46,537 nt of DNA, from NCBI GenBank assembly GCA_030603345.1, contig JAUVXZ010000003.1, positions 1 to 46,537 on the forward strand, written 5' to 3'. The position numbers and the translations under genes were made by a program. The stretch is from Pseudomonadota bacterium (GTDB lineage Bacteria; Desulfobacterota; DSM-4660; Desulfatiglandales; B25-G16). The notes under the pieces are model-generated. The model ran no database searches. It worked only from the letters and a program-made list of their open reading frames with translations, and was not told the origin of the DNA. This document shows positions 9,866-19,389 of the stretch, one piece after another; the stretch's first letter is position 1; every line of letters begins with the position of its first letter.

Positions 9866-10567
9866 TTAGGCTCCAAACCAATCCAGGGTATGAATGGAGT
9901 AGCCGATGGTGATTTTCCGGTTGAGGATTGGATCTAAAAGCTCACCTTCAAAGCGATCTGTAAACACGATTTTTTCGGTCAGCAGGGGGGGTGTGCCAGA
10001 AAAAATGGCGATCCCTTCAAGAGAACCCTTGACTCGCTGCTGGACCGAACGAATTAACTCCTCTGGAGGAAGAATCGTACCAAGGGTTGAGTCCTGGTAA
10101 AGAGTCCTTTTCCCTTCTTTTAAGACCCAGCTGCGGATTTCGATCTGATCCCAGTTGTCTTTGATCTCCTTGTAATTCCATAGATTTTTAGAAAGCACGG
10201 CAGGAGATACCTGTTTAGATTTTAGGATATTGATTCGCTCCAATTCCCGATCCGTATGATCGCTCCCCACAGTCACGTATATGCTGTTCCCATCCACGAG
10301 GAGGACGTACTCTATCTCTCCGGATGTCTCCTGACCCTCTACCTGGATATCCCCTTCCAAAACCATACCCTGAGGAGGTTTGGGATAGAAGGTGGGAACT
10401 GAAGGGGGTGGTTCGACTCCTTCCTTTTTCAGCTCCTCGATATGTCTCTGAACGGCCGAGTGATTGCGACCGGTATATCCACACAGGATGGCCCCTCTCA
10501 TATCGTACGTAATTTCCCTGTTTCCGGCCTTGTCTTCAACGATGAATCGAAACGTCACAGAAATCAA
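9866..10567 (-). CDS. DUF2848 family protein (FAH-like fold)
   Basis: GYTGRN...HIEEL...TSGEIE...GSDHTDRELE...SKQ pattern. Confidence 0.85.
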   Translation of the reverse strand: MISVTFRFIVEDKAGNREITYDMRGAILCGYTGRNHSAVQRHIEELKKEGVEPPPSVPTFYPKPPQGMVLEGDIQVEGQETSGEIEYVLLVDGNSIYVTVGSDHTDRELERINILKSKQVSPAVLSKNLWNYKEIKDNWDQIEIRSWVLKEGKRTLYQDSTLGTILPPEELIRSVQQRVKGSLEGIAIFSGTPPLLTEKIVFTDRFEGELLDPILNRKITIGYSIHTLDWFGA

Positions 10568-10612
10568 GCTCCTTTTCCCTGGAAATCCTTGAGCGTCCTT
10601 TTTCTTAGGATC

Positions 10613-12250
10613 CTACTTTTTCTCGAGCTTCTCCTTTTCCCATCTTCTCAGTTCCCTGCGCAGGATCTTTCCTGAGGATGTCTTGGGAAGCTCCTCGATG
10701 AACTCTATCTCCCTCGGGTACTTATACGGTGCGATGGTTGCCTTTACAAAATCCTGAAGGTTCTTGGCCAGGTCCGGTGTGGGCTCATAGTCCTCATGGA
10801 GCACCACCCAGGCTTTCACCTTTTCTCCCATCTCCGGGTCAATGATCCCTGCAACACCCGACTCCAGCACGGCTTCATGCTCCTGCAAGGCCGTTTCCAC
10901 ATCTGCCGGGGAGATACGATAGCCATGGCAGGTCATGATATCGTCTGACCTGGAACCGTACCAGAAATAACCGTCTTCATCCGTATATGCCAGGTCCTTG
11001 GTATCGTACCAATTGTTGGGAAAAGAGACCTCCTTCATCTGCTCTGGCATCTTGAAATACTCTTTGAAGAGGGCAGGGTGATCCCTCCGTATAGCTAAAT
11101 GGCCCATCTCCCCAGGCGGAAGTCGCTCGCCCTTATCGTTTATAATAGCTACCTCGATTCCAGGGAGTGGTTTTCCCATGGACCCGATCTTCACCTTTAG
11201 GTTTGTCTGGGTGGTACAGAATTCGTGGGCCTCTGTCTGCCCCATGCTATCGATGATCTTTACACCGAACCTGCGCATCCATTCCCGCCATGTCTCTGCC
11301 AAAAGGGGCTCCCCAGAACTGAGGCAGTATTTCAAGGAACTGGTATCGTATCGTTTCTCGGCATCCTTGACTGCCAGCATCATCCTGTATATGGTCGGGG
11401 TGCCTGCAAATATCGTAATCTTATACTTTTCGATGAACTCATAGGCTCTTTCTGAATTAAAGCGCTCATCTGAATAGATAACAGTAGATACGCCCCACCT
11501 GAAGGCAAAGAGGAAGTTATGCCCCAGTGCATACATCCAGGTCAGGGCAGTGGGTCCACCACAAATGTCCCCTCTTTCCAATCCCATCGTGAACTTTCCA
11601 ATTGGGTCTCCGGCTCCTATTATAAAGCGATGGGCGTGTACAACGCCTTTGGGCGCTCCGGTTGTACCGGAGGTATAGAGGTAGTATGCCGGGTCATCCT
11701 TGGAGGTCTCCACAAAGGGGAGAGAGGCCCCGTCTTCTTTCAAGAGATCGTCAAAGGAGATCTGATCCCCCTGGGTCTCACCGATGACTACGACGTGCTT
11801 TAGTGTCTTGTATTTGGCGCGGATGTTTTCGATGGCCTGGATATACCTGGAGGTAGTGATAACCGCTACGGCCTCGCTATTGTTGATAATGTGTTCCAGT
11901 TCCGATTCGCGGAGCATCGTATTCGTGGGGATGGGGACCGCCCCGACCTTCTGTCCTCCCAAGAAAGAGATCTGGTATTCAGGCTGGTTCGGGGTCCGGA
12001 TCACGTAACGCTGGCCCTTGGAGATCCCCAGCTTGTGAAAGCCATTGGCAAAGCGATCCGTAAGATTTTTCAGTTCTTGGTAGGTGATCTTCCGGTCTTC
12101 ATCATAGATCGCCACATCCTGGGCCCTCCCATGTTCAGCCCAGAAGTCAACCATGAGCCTTGCCATGTTCAATTTTTCCGGGATGTCCAACTTGTAAAAT
12201 CCCTGGCTATCCATTCTCAGATAGGTTTGATCTATGTCAATAGTTTTCAT
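10613..12250 (-). CDS. Acyl/aryl-CoA ligase (benzoate-CoA ligase-like AMP-binding enzyme)
   Basis: YTSGTTGAPKGVVH, GQTE, RSDD, YKYPR, PKTSSGKILR. Confidence 0.92.
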   Translation of the reverse strand: MKTIDIDQTYLRMDSQGFYKLDIPEKLNMARLMVDFWAEHGRAQDVAIYDEDRKITYQELKNLTDRFANGFHKLGISKGQRYVIRTPNQPEYQISFLGGQKVGAVPIPTNTMLRESELEHIINNSEAVAVITTSRYIQAIENIRAKYKTLKHVVVIGETQGDQISFDDLLKEDGASLPFVETSKDDPAYYLYTSGTTGAPKGVVHAHRFIIGAGDPIGKFTMGLERGDICGGPTALTWMYALGHNFLFAFRWGVSTVIYSDERFNSERAYEFIEKYKITIFAGTPTIYRMMLAVKDAEKRYDTSSLKYCLSSGEPLLAETWREWMRRFGVKIIDSMGQTEAHEFCTTQTNLKVKIGSMGKPLPGIEVAIINDKGERLPPGEMGHLAIRRDHPALFKEYFKMPEQMKEVSFPNNWYDTKDLAYTDEDGYFWYGSRSDDIMTCHGYRISPADVETALQEHEAVLESGVAGIIDPEMGEKVKAWVVLHEDYEPTPDLAKNLQDFVKATIAPYKYPREIEFIEELPKTSSGKILRRELRRWEKEKLEKK

Positions 12251-12475
12251 ATTATCACCCCTTTTTATTTTATCTTGCCTTTCCTCTTTTTTGGGGGAAA
12301 ATTTGGATATCTTGATATATTAAATACCAGATTATTAGTTGATTTTTTAGTTGAACCTTTGTGCGGTGTCAAGTAAAAAAATCAAAAATTCATCAAATTT
12401 GGGATAAGGCGAACCCTACCGTCAAGATAAAGAATTGCCCTCTCTCAGTCACAGCTTAAGGTCTTCAAGATTTAG
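12053..12475 (-). repeat. Copy 1 (intact context) of the promoter + CoA-ligase 5' cassette
   Basis: Aligns by eye with 22131-22368 and 25533-25960. Confidence 0.92.
12313..12372 (-). promoter_or_regulatory. Sigma70-type promoter plus shared 13-bp motif
   Basis: TTGACA (12367-12372), 17 bp, TAAAAA; TGATATATTAAAT at 12313-12325. Confidence 0.6.
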
Positions 12476-12805
12476 ATTTGTCTTATCTATTAACAAGAGG
12501 TATAATTTCAATCAGGTGATTTAGTCAAAAAAACACACCCAATTATGAGTAAGGGCAGTTTCATTCTGATCTTATCCCTTTTTCTTGCTAGGGGGGACCC
12601 CTAATAGAGAACCGAATCAGTGTTAAGATCAAAGAAAAGGAAATCCAGAAGTTTTCCTTTACAATACCGCGTGGTAAGAAAAAATCAAAACGTTACCGAT
12701 CAGTTATAAGGCATCCCAAGGATCTGGAGGAGGCCTGTTGGACCTCTCATCCATGGAACCTTTCCCGCAGGGGCTCTCAAAATCCGAGTGATTCTTGCAA
12801 AATCC

Positions 12806-13039
12806 TCATACCTTTGTGGGGCGCTTCTTTTCTTGAACGGGTAGGTAGAGGATCTTCCGGTCGATCCTGGAGAGTCCCATAAATGCTGTACCCTTTGGCA
12901 GTTGCTCCCCTTTTCTCTCCTCTGGTTCGAAATAGAGGTCGCAATAGGGGCAGTGAAGGGGTATGTCGAGGCCGAGAAGGTTGGCATCGCAATGGAAGCT
13001 TTTGTTGCACTGGGGACAATTCACATAGTGGATTTTCAT
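12806..13039 (-). CDS. Small CxxC...CxxC zinc-ribbon protein downstream of UbiD
   Basis: MKIHYVNCPQCNKSFHCD...HCPYCD; starts 10 nt after the UbiD stop. Confidence 0.7.
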   Translation of the reverse strand: MKIHYVNCPQCNKSFHCDANLLGLDIPLHCPYCDLYFEPEERKGEQLPKGTAFMGLSRIDRKILYLPVQEKKRPTKV

Positions 13040-13049
13040 TCTTTTGTCT

Positions 13050-14441
13050 CTAAGAACTAATATAGTCTTCAAGGCGGATTTTTTCTAAGGCCTCTGGAGG
13101 AAGCGCTGCCCGCGGTGAATAGGGTCGATCTAAGGGTCTCGTTGCGTCGATAATCAAGCCGGAACCCTTTGTCTCTTGGCGAAGAGAAGGATCCAGGAGT
13201 TGCCCCTGAATGTTATGCAATACTGTAATATCTGAATCGGCCTGGCAGCAGTTTGACACTGCCCACATGACATCTTTGGCATTTTCTGGATCAAGGTCAT
13301 CATCTACCACAAAGACATGTTTGATGAAATTGCTGGCACTAAGGGCTGCCATGGCTGCCCGCATGGGCTCCCCCTCAGTTCTTTTCTTCATACTGATCAC
13401 GAGGTGAAAGGAACCGCCAGAGTGCAGCCAGCAGATATCTTTCACGCCGGTTATCACCTGTTTGACCCTTTGAAAGATGCTTGCTTCAATGGGAAAATGC
13501 GCATACAGGTGATCCAGGTGTGCTCCGAACACAGAGTGCATGATCGGACGGTGTCGGTGGGTGATGGCCCTTGCGCGAAAAAGCCAGGAGAGCCTTTGAG
13601 GGCCTATTAGCTTTGTAAATTCCCCAAAAGGACCTTCAAGGGTTCTCCTTTGTGGCAGGATTTCTCCTTCGATGACGATCTCTGCATCGGCTGGAACGAG
13701 AAGCCTCTCGCCGTATGCCTCCGAGGGGACTACCCTGAGGGGCTCACCCAAAAGACCGCCTGCCACTTCGTATTCATCCTCATCCGGAGGTACCAGGGCA
13801 GATGCGGAAAGCATGAAGGCCATGTGATGTCCCAGAACTACCCCAATGGGCATGGACTCTTGCCTGGCTTCCACCTCCTGAAAATACGTCCAGAGGTGTC
13901 TGGGAGACATATAGATAGCCAAGTGATGAGAGTCGATATACATCATGCGGTTCCAAGAGGTGTTGTAGCGCTCCCCGTTGGGTTCCCTGGCTACTACCAC
14001 TGGTGTAAGATACGGCCCTCCATCCATAGAATTATGCCTCATTATCGGCAGATCACCGATGTCTAGCGACTTCTCCCTGATGATAACCTCCTTCACAGGG
14101 GCCTCTGAAGGAGCGACAATCTCTGTCTTTTTTCTCTGCCTTGAACTCTCCAGGTATTTCTCGAAGAGGGAGACCCGATTTGAGTCTTGAAGATCTAATG
14201 ATACCGCCAGTTTCTCTCTCGTTGTGAACGCATGACACAACAAACGATAGTCCGATGGTTCTGCCTTCACGCTAGTTGGCTTGTCAAAGAAGACTGCAGA
14301 GAGGTTTCCCCGCTCCTCCAGTTGGTGAAGGATAGAGGAGACCTCAAAGGAGGCGGGCTTCACCGCCTTGGATACCCTCAAGGGTTCGCCAGGAATCCTA
14401 TCCTCCAGGTCTCTCAGCCAGGTGCGCAGATCCTTTGGCAT
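13050..14441 (-). CDS. UbiD-family prFMN-dependent (de)carboxylase
   Basis: DGGPY, N...R, RH, VPADAEIVIEG, EGPFGE, VVDDD, QAD...LDPS, IIDAT. Confidence 0.92.
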   Translation of the reverse strand: MPKDLRTWLRDLEDRIPGEPLRVSKAVKPASFEVSSILHQLEERGNLSAVFFDKPTSVKAEPSDYRLLCHAFTTREKLAVSLDLQDSNRVSLFEKYLESSRQRKKTEIVAPSEAPVKEVIIREKSLDIGDLPIMRHNSMDGGPYLTPVVVAREPNGERYNTSWNRMMYIDSHHLAIYMSPRHLWTYFQEVEARQESMPIGVVLGHHMAFMLSASALVPPDEDEYEVAGGLLGEPLRVVPSEAYGERLLVPADAEIVIEGEILPQRRTLEGPFGEFTKLIGPQRLSWLFRARAITHRHRPIMHSVFGAHLDHLYAHFPIEASIFQRVKQVITGVKDICWLHSGGSFHLVISMKKRTEGEPMRAAMAALSASNFIKHVFVVDDDLDPENAKDVMWAVSNCCQADSDITVLHNIQGQLLDPSLRQETKGSGLIIDATRPLDRPYSPRAALPPEALEKIRLEDYISS

Positions 14442-14468
14442 ATTCTATTTCCTTAAGGTGGATTTTTG

Positions 14469-16082
14469 CTATCGCATTTTGGACCAGAGGGCTCTTAGGT
14501 CTTGTGGATTCCACCAGATATCTATCTTTAGGTCCTCACAGATGACCTTGGCTGCATTGTAACCCGGAGCGCCCGTGATGTTTCCAAAAGGGTGGCTCCC
14601 TGATCCGCAGAGATATAGTCCCTGTATAGGCGTGCGATAAGGCTTGAGCCCGGGAAAAGGGCGATTCTCAAGCATCTGATCCCGGCTGGCCATTCCAATG
14701 CAATGGTCTCCTTCGCGCATGTTGATGAGCTTCCGCTCCACATCCAGGGGGGTAAATATATATGTGGCGATGATATTGTCTTTGTCTAGATTGGGTGCAT
14801 ACTCTCGCCATCTTTCCAGACAAACTTCCATGTATTCGGCGCCGATCTTGTCCCATGCCTCGGGTCCGCCATCTTTCAGGTGATAGGGAGCGAACTGCCA
14901 GAGGAAGGCCGTGTGTTTTCCTTGAGGTGCCTGTGCAGGGTCGTATAGGGTTGGTGCTGCGCATTGCATGCCTGGTTTTTTAGGAGGAATCCCTTCATCA
15001 ATCTCTCTCATGTGGGCATAAAAGTCATCCAGGCACTCCAGTCCCACATTGAAATTGAAACCAGAATCGATTTCCGGGTTAAAGGCAGCGGAGGTGTAAT
15101 GAAGAGGCTCGTTGAGTGCAAGATGAACACCAAAGAGTGGGAATTTGCCGAACTTGAAACCCTTTACCTTTTCAATGAAGCTGGATTCGAGCTTGTCTTC
15201 TCCCACCAACTCCAAGAAGGTCTGGGGGATATCGACCGAACTGACAACCAGCTTCCTGGCCTGAAGCTTTCTGCCATCATCCAGCACCACCCCAACAGCG
15301 CGTCCCCCCTCGACCATGATCTCCCGAACATGGGCTGCCTCCCGGACTCTTCCTTGGTTGGACTCAATGACCTTGGAGATGGCATGGGCCAGATAATGCG
15401 ACCCACCCCTGCACATACTTCCTCTGAGTCCTCCGGTGATGGAAGAGGCCACGTTGTAACCTAGCCCTGGCTCATCTGCAAGGAACACCCTTGTGGTGAC
15501 CAGAAAGATAAGCATTGCCCTCATCTGCTCGGTCTCGAAAAACTCCTTTGCCAACTCCATAGGGGATTGCTGGCTGAGGGCCAGATATTCACGGCCTGAT
15601 TCAGTCTTTTCCAGCAAGGCGCGTTTTTCCTCAAAGGGAAGGGGTGGTGAATAGGTTTCTGGTACGATAATCTCTTCGTTCATTCTCTGAAAGCGTTTTA
15701 AAAGATCGCGATAGGTGTCTGCATCCTTTTTTGAAAAGTAAGAGATATTCTTGAGCGTTTTTTCCTCTTCGGTGTGAAAGATAAGGCATTTGCCGTCGCT
15801 GAAGGGGGTCACGGCCTGTACGGGCGGCATAATCATGCGGGCACCATAACGGTCCAGCTCCAAATCCTTGTACCACGGAAGATCCGGTACCCATCTAAGA
15901 AAGTAGGAATGCAGGTTGTGATAAAAACCAGGGATAGTAACCTCCTCGGTGCAAAGCCCTCCCCCGGGCTCCATCCTTCGCTCCAAAACCAGAGTCTCTA
16001 AACCCGCCTTTGTCAGGTATGCAGCTAGAATCTGACCGTTATGACCCCCTCCAATGATGATAGCGTCAAAGATCTCTTTCAT
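14469..16082 (-). CDS. Phytoene dehydrogenase-like FAD-dependent oxidoreductase (PYROXD2-like)
   Basis: IIIGGGHNG, LERR...GGG, YRTPIQGLYLCGSGSHP...GAPGYNAA. Confidence 0.88.
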   Translation of the reverse strand: MKEIFDAIIIGGGHNGQILAAYLTKAGLETLVLERRMEPGGGLCTEEVTIPGFYHNLHSYFLRWVPDLPWYKDLELDRYGARMIMPPVQAVTPFSDGKCLIFHTEEEKTLKNISYFSKKDADTYRDLLKRFQRMNEEIIVPETYSPPLPFEEKRALLEKTESGREYLALSQQSPMELAKEFFETEQMRAMLIFLVTTRVFLADEPGLGYNVASSITGGLRGSMCRGGSHYLAHAISKVIESNQGRVREAAHVREIMVEGGRAVGVVLDDGRKLQARKLVVSSVDIPQTFLELVGEDKLESSFIEKVKGFKFGKFPLFGVHLALNEPLHYTSAAFNPEIDSGFNFNVGLECLDDFYAHMREIDEGIPPKKPGMQCAAPTLYDPAQAPQGKHTAFLWQFAPYHLKDGGPEAWDKIGAEYMEVCLERWREYAPNLDKDNIIATYIFTPLDVERKLINMREGDHCIGMASRDQMLENRPFPGLKPYRTPIQGLYLCGSGSHPFGNITGAPGYNAAKVICEDLKIDIWWNPQDLRALWSKMR

Positions 16083-16097
16083 GGTTTCTTTCTCACA

Positions 16098-16829
16098 CTA
16101 TTTTCGTAAGTCCTGTCTTTTCGCCCGCTTTCCGCCTAAGTATGCTTCGCGGACCTTTTCATTGGAACTGAGCTCTTCACCACTGCCTGCAAGAACGATC
16201 TTTCCAATCTCCAGCACATATCCACGATCTGCGACTTGAAAGGCCTTTCTGGCGTTCTGCTCTACCAGGAGTATGGCGACATCGGCAGTCTTGAGTTCCA
16301 TGATTTTTGCGAAGACCTCGTTTACCAATTTAGGTGCAAGGCCCAGGGAAGGCTCATCCATCATGAAGAGCTTGGGCCGGGCCATCAGGGCCCTGCCGAG
16401 AGCCAGCATCTGCTGTTCTCCGCCACTCAGGGTCTTACCCAACTGCCCCTGCCTTTCCTGAAGGATGGGAAACATCTGAAAAACTGTATCGAGGGAGTCG
16501 TTGAGATCCTCACCAGGCCGGCTGAATCCTCCCATAAGGAGGTTTTCCAAGACAGTCATCTGGCTTAAAACCTCCCTCCCCTCTTGGATCAAACAAATTC
16601 CCCGCCGGACAATTTTGTGAGGAGGGATCTTCACGATATTCTCCCCTTCAAAGATTACCTCTCCTTTGGATGGGGTAAGAATACCCGAAATGACACTGAG
16701 CAGGGTGGTCTTTCCTGCCCCGTTAGCCCCGATCAGCGTAACGATCTCCCCCTTCCTCACCTCCAGGTCAATGCCCTTTAGAACCTGTATGGTTCCGTAA
16801 CGTGCTTCAATCCCTTTGACCTCAAACAT
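16098..16829 (-). CDS. livF: ABC ATP-binding protein, LivF-like
   Basis: GANGAGKTT, LSGGEQQML, DEPSLGLAP; start placed at MFEV. Confidence 0.92.
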   Translation of the reverse strand: MFEVKGIEARYGTIQVLKGIDLEVRKGEIVTLIGANGAGKTTLLSVISGILTPSKGEVIFEGENIVKIPPHKIVRRGICLIQEGREVLSQMTVLENLLMGGFSRPGEDLNDSLDTVFQMFPILQERQGQLGKTLSGGEQQMLALGRALMARPKLFMMDEPSLGLAPKLVNEVFAKIMELKTADVAILLVEQNARKAFQVADRGYVLEIGKIVLAGSGEELSSNEKVREAYLGGKRAKRQDLRK

Positions 16830-16836
16830 AAATTCC

Positions 16837-17586
16837 CTACTCTTCTTCCCTTCCAAGATAGGCCTCAATGACAGCCTCGCTTGCCTGGATTTCATCTGGT
16901 GTGCCCTGGGCGATCAATTCTCCAAAATTGAGTACAGATATATAATCACAGATCCCCATGACCACGTTCATATCGTGCTCGATCAAAAAAACAGTCTTTC
17001 CCGTATTCCGGATCTCACTGATTCTGTCCAGAAGGTCCTCGGTTTCCGCCTCATTCATGCCTGCAGCGGGTTCATCCAGGAGCAAAAGCCGTGGCTCAAG
17101 AGCAAGGGCCCTGGCAATCTCCAGGCGCCTTTGTTCACCATAAGCAAGGCTCAAACTCTGCTCCTTGCGTTTTTCCCAAAGGCCCATCCTTCTCAGCAGG
17201 TCATCGGCCTCTTCTTCAAATCCTCTTTCTTTCGCACTAAAGAGTTGGACCAGACTAGTGACACCTGATCGTGCCCTGATGTTCTGGGCCACCAGTATGT
17301 TTTCCTTCACGGTCATGGTGCCAAAGAGCCTGATATTTTGGAAGGTTCGGGCTATTCCCAATTTTGCAATCTTGTGAGCCTTAAGCCCGGTTAACTCATT
17401 TCCCAGGAATTGGATGGAGCCCACGGTTGCAGGTAAAAACCCGGTAATAAGGTTAAACAGAGTCGTTTTCCCGGCTCCATTGGGACCAATGAGGCCATAA
17501 ATCTGTTTTTCCTTCACATGAAACGTGATCTCCTCAAGAGCTTTTAGGCCTCCGAAGTGTTTTGATATGTGTGCGATCTCAAGCAT
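16837..17586 (-). CDS. livG: ABC ATP-binding protein, LivG-like
   Basis: GPNGAGKTT, ARTFQNIRLF, LDEPAAG, EHDM. Confidence 0.93.
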   Translation of the reverse strand: MLEIAHISKHFGGLKALEEITFHVKEKQIYGLIGPNGAGKTTLFNLITGFLPATVGSIQFLGNELTGLKAHKIAKLGIARTFQNIRLFGTMTVKENILVAQNIRARSGVTSLVQLFSAKERGFEEEADDLLRRMGLWEKRKEQSLSLAYGEQRRLEIARALALEPRLLLLDEPAAGMNEAETEDLLDRISEIRNTGKTVFLIEHDMNVVMGICDYISVLNFGELIAQGTPDEIQASEAVIEAYLGREEE

Positions 17587-17587
17587 C

Positions 17588-18451
17588 TCAAGAACTCGCC
17601 TTTCGGAAAATCCCGCCGACCCATTCTCCGGCGTTCCTTACCATGTGCCGGCTGATGATCCCAGAGGGACGAAAAATCATCATGAGAACCAATACACTAC
17701 CATACACGCTTAGACGCCAACCCCCCATGAAACGCAATACCTCAGGGAGGATGCTAAAGATAACGCCTCCCAGCAAAGCTCCCCAGAAGGTATACATCCC
17801 CCCCAGAATGACGCAAAGGATGGCCATGGCAGAAACGAGGATATGGAAATTACCCGATTCGATATAGAACATATAATGGGCATAGAGACCTCCGGCAATC
17901 CCCGCAGTAAATGACCCGAGCCAGAAAACGCCTAGTTTCAGCAAGGTCACATTCAGTCCGATTGAACTGGCCACCTCCGCATCATCCCGAAGAGCATCCA
18001 AAGAGCGCCCTAACCGCGATCGGCTCAAGAGCCAGAAGAGTATAATTAGTACCAGAACCCAGCCGTATATCATGGGCATGGTTGCTCCAACGGGCCCCCG
18101 GAAGCCATAGGCCCCTCCTGTAGGCTCAAAAATCATAAAAAAGGTCCGCACCACCTCGCCGAAGCCAAACGTCCCCATGACAAAGTAAAGGCCTTCAAGC
18201 CTCAGGAGGGGAATCCCTATCAGGAGCCCTATAAAGCTGGCGGCGAGGGCTCCGATGAGCAGGGCGGGAAAGATGGGCATGCCCAATTTTACGCTAAGAT
18301 ACGCCGATGTGTATGCCCCAATGGCCATAAACCCAGCATTTCCAAGAGAAACCTGATCAGCCATGACTATGGCATATACGCTTAAGGCCATCAGGATATT
18401 GACTCCCATGAGGGCAATCACGCCTTGCGTGTAGACGCTCATCCGTTCCAA
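17588..18451 (-). CDS. livM: ABC permease, LivM-like
   Basis: QVSLGNAGFMAIGAY, LRLEGLY, RPSGI. Confidence 0.9.
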   Translation of the reverse strand: MERMSVYTQGVIALMGVNILMALSVYAIVMADQVSLGNAGFMAIGAYTSAYLSVKLGMPIFPALLIGALAASFIGLLIGIPLLRLEGLYFVMGTFGFGEVVRTFFMIFEPTGGAYGFRGPVGATMPMIYGWVLVLIILFWLLSRSRLGRSLDALRDDAEVASSIGLNVTLLKLGVFWLGSFTAGIAGGLYAHYMFYIESGNFHILVSAMAILCVILGGMYTFWGALLGGVIFSILPEVLRFMGGWRLSVYGSVLVLMMIFRPSGIISRHMVRNAGEWVGGIFRKASS

Positions 18452-18460
18452 CTCCTATGA

Positions 18461-19333
18461 TTACTGTTCTTTGGTTCCAAAAAGTCCCTCGGGTTTAAAG
18501 ACAATAAAGGCCAAGAATAGGCCAAAGAGGATAATATCTCGGTAACCTGCGGTAAAATAGGCATCGTTCATGATCTCGATGATCCCGATCATGAGCCCAC
18601 CGATCATAGCCCCTCTCAGATTCCCCACGCCTCCAATCACCATGGCTACCATACCGATCAGGCCTTGACGGATCCCTATAAAGGGGGTGATCTGCAAGTA
18701 GACCAGGGCTGTCAGGACCCCTGCTACACCGGCCAGTGCACCAGAGACAAAAAAGGTGAAGACAATGACCCAATTGATATTGACTCCCAAAAGACTGGCT
18801 GTCTGCGGTTTTTCCGATGTGGCCCGCATGGCCCGACCGAAGCTGGTCCTTTTTACAAACTGGTCTATTCCCACCATCAATAGGATGGAGGTGGCCAGGA
18901 TAATGATGTCGATGGATGAGACCAGAACGGGACCTAACTGGAATTGGGCTATCTCTGTGGTCTGCGGATATCGAGAAGGCTCCGAGCCCCAGATTTGTGT
19001 GGCTACGTTTTGCAAAACAATCCCGAAGGCAATGGTGCTGAGCAAGGGCATCAGGAAATGAGCCTTCCTGAGGGGACGAAAACAAAGACGCTCGATGATG
19101 ATTGTGACGATGCCTGCTCCTACCATAGCCAGAATCAGGGCGAGGTAAAGAGGCATCCCCAACATGGCGAAGCTCAGCCCAAGAAAGGCCCCGAACATGA
19201 AAACGTCGCCATGGGCAATGTTCAACATCTTAAGGAGCCCCAGCACCAGGGTAAACCCTAAGGCAAGGAGAGAATAGGTGCTGCCCAGCGTCAGCCCGTT
19301 GACGAGTTGTTGCAGAAACATCAGTGGCTCCAA
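18461..19333 (-). CDS. livH: ABC permease, LivH-like (start may be the ATG at 19321)
   Basis: QQLVNGLTLGSTYSLLALG, NIAHGD, KPEGLFG. Confidence 0.9.
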   Translation of the reverse strand: MEPLMFLQQLVNGLTLGSTYSLLALGFTLVLGLLKMLNIAHGDVFMFGAFLGLSFAMLGMPLYLALILAMVGAGIVTIIIERLCFRPLRKAHFLMPLLSTIAFGIVLQNVATQIWGSEPSRYPQTTEIAQFQLGPVLVSSIDIIILATSILLMVGIDQFVKRTSFGRAMRATSEKPQTASLLGVNINWVIVFTFFVSGALAGVAGVLTALVYLQITPFIGIRQGLIGMVAMVIGGVGNLRGAMIGGLMIGIIEIMNDAYFTAGYRDIILFGLFLAFIVFKPEGLFGTKEQ

Positions 19334-19346
19334 AAAGGGATATAGC

Positions 19347-19370
19347 TGGGGCGGCCCAAAGGACCGCCCC
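19347..19370 (-). terminator. Hairpin between binding-protein and permease genes
   Basis: GGGGCGG-loop-CCGCCCC; typical position for differential mRNA stabilisation or attenuation in ABC operons. Confidence 0.5.
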
Positions 19371-19389
19371 CAAGGATATCAGCGATGGA

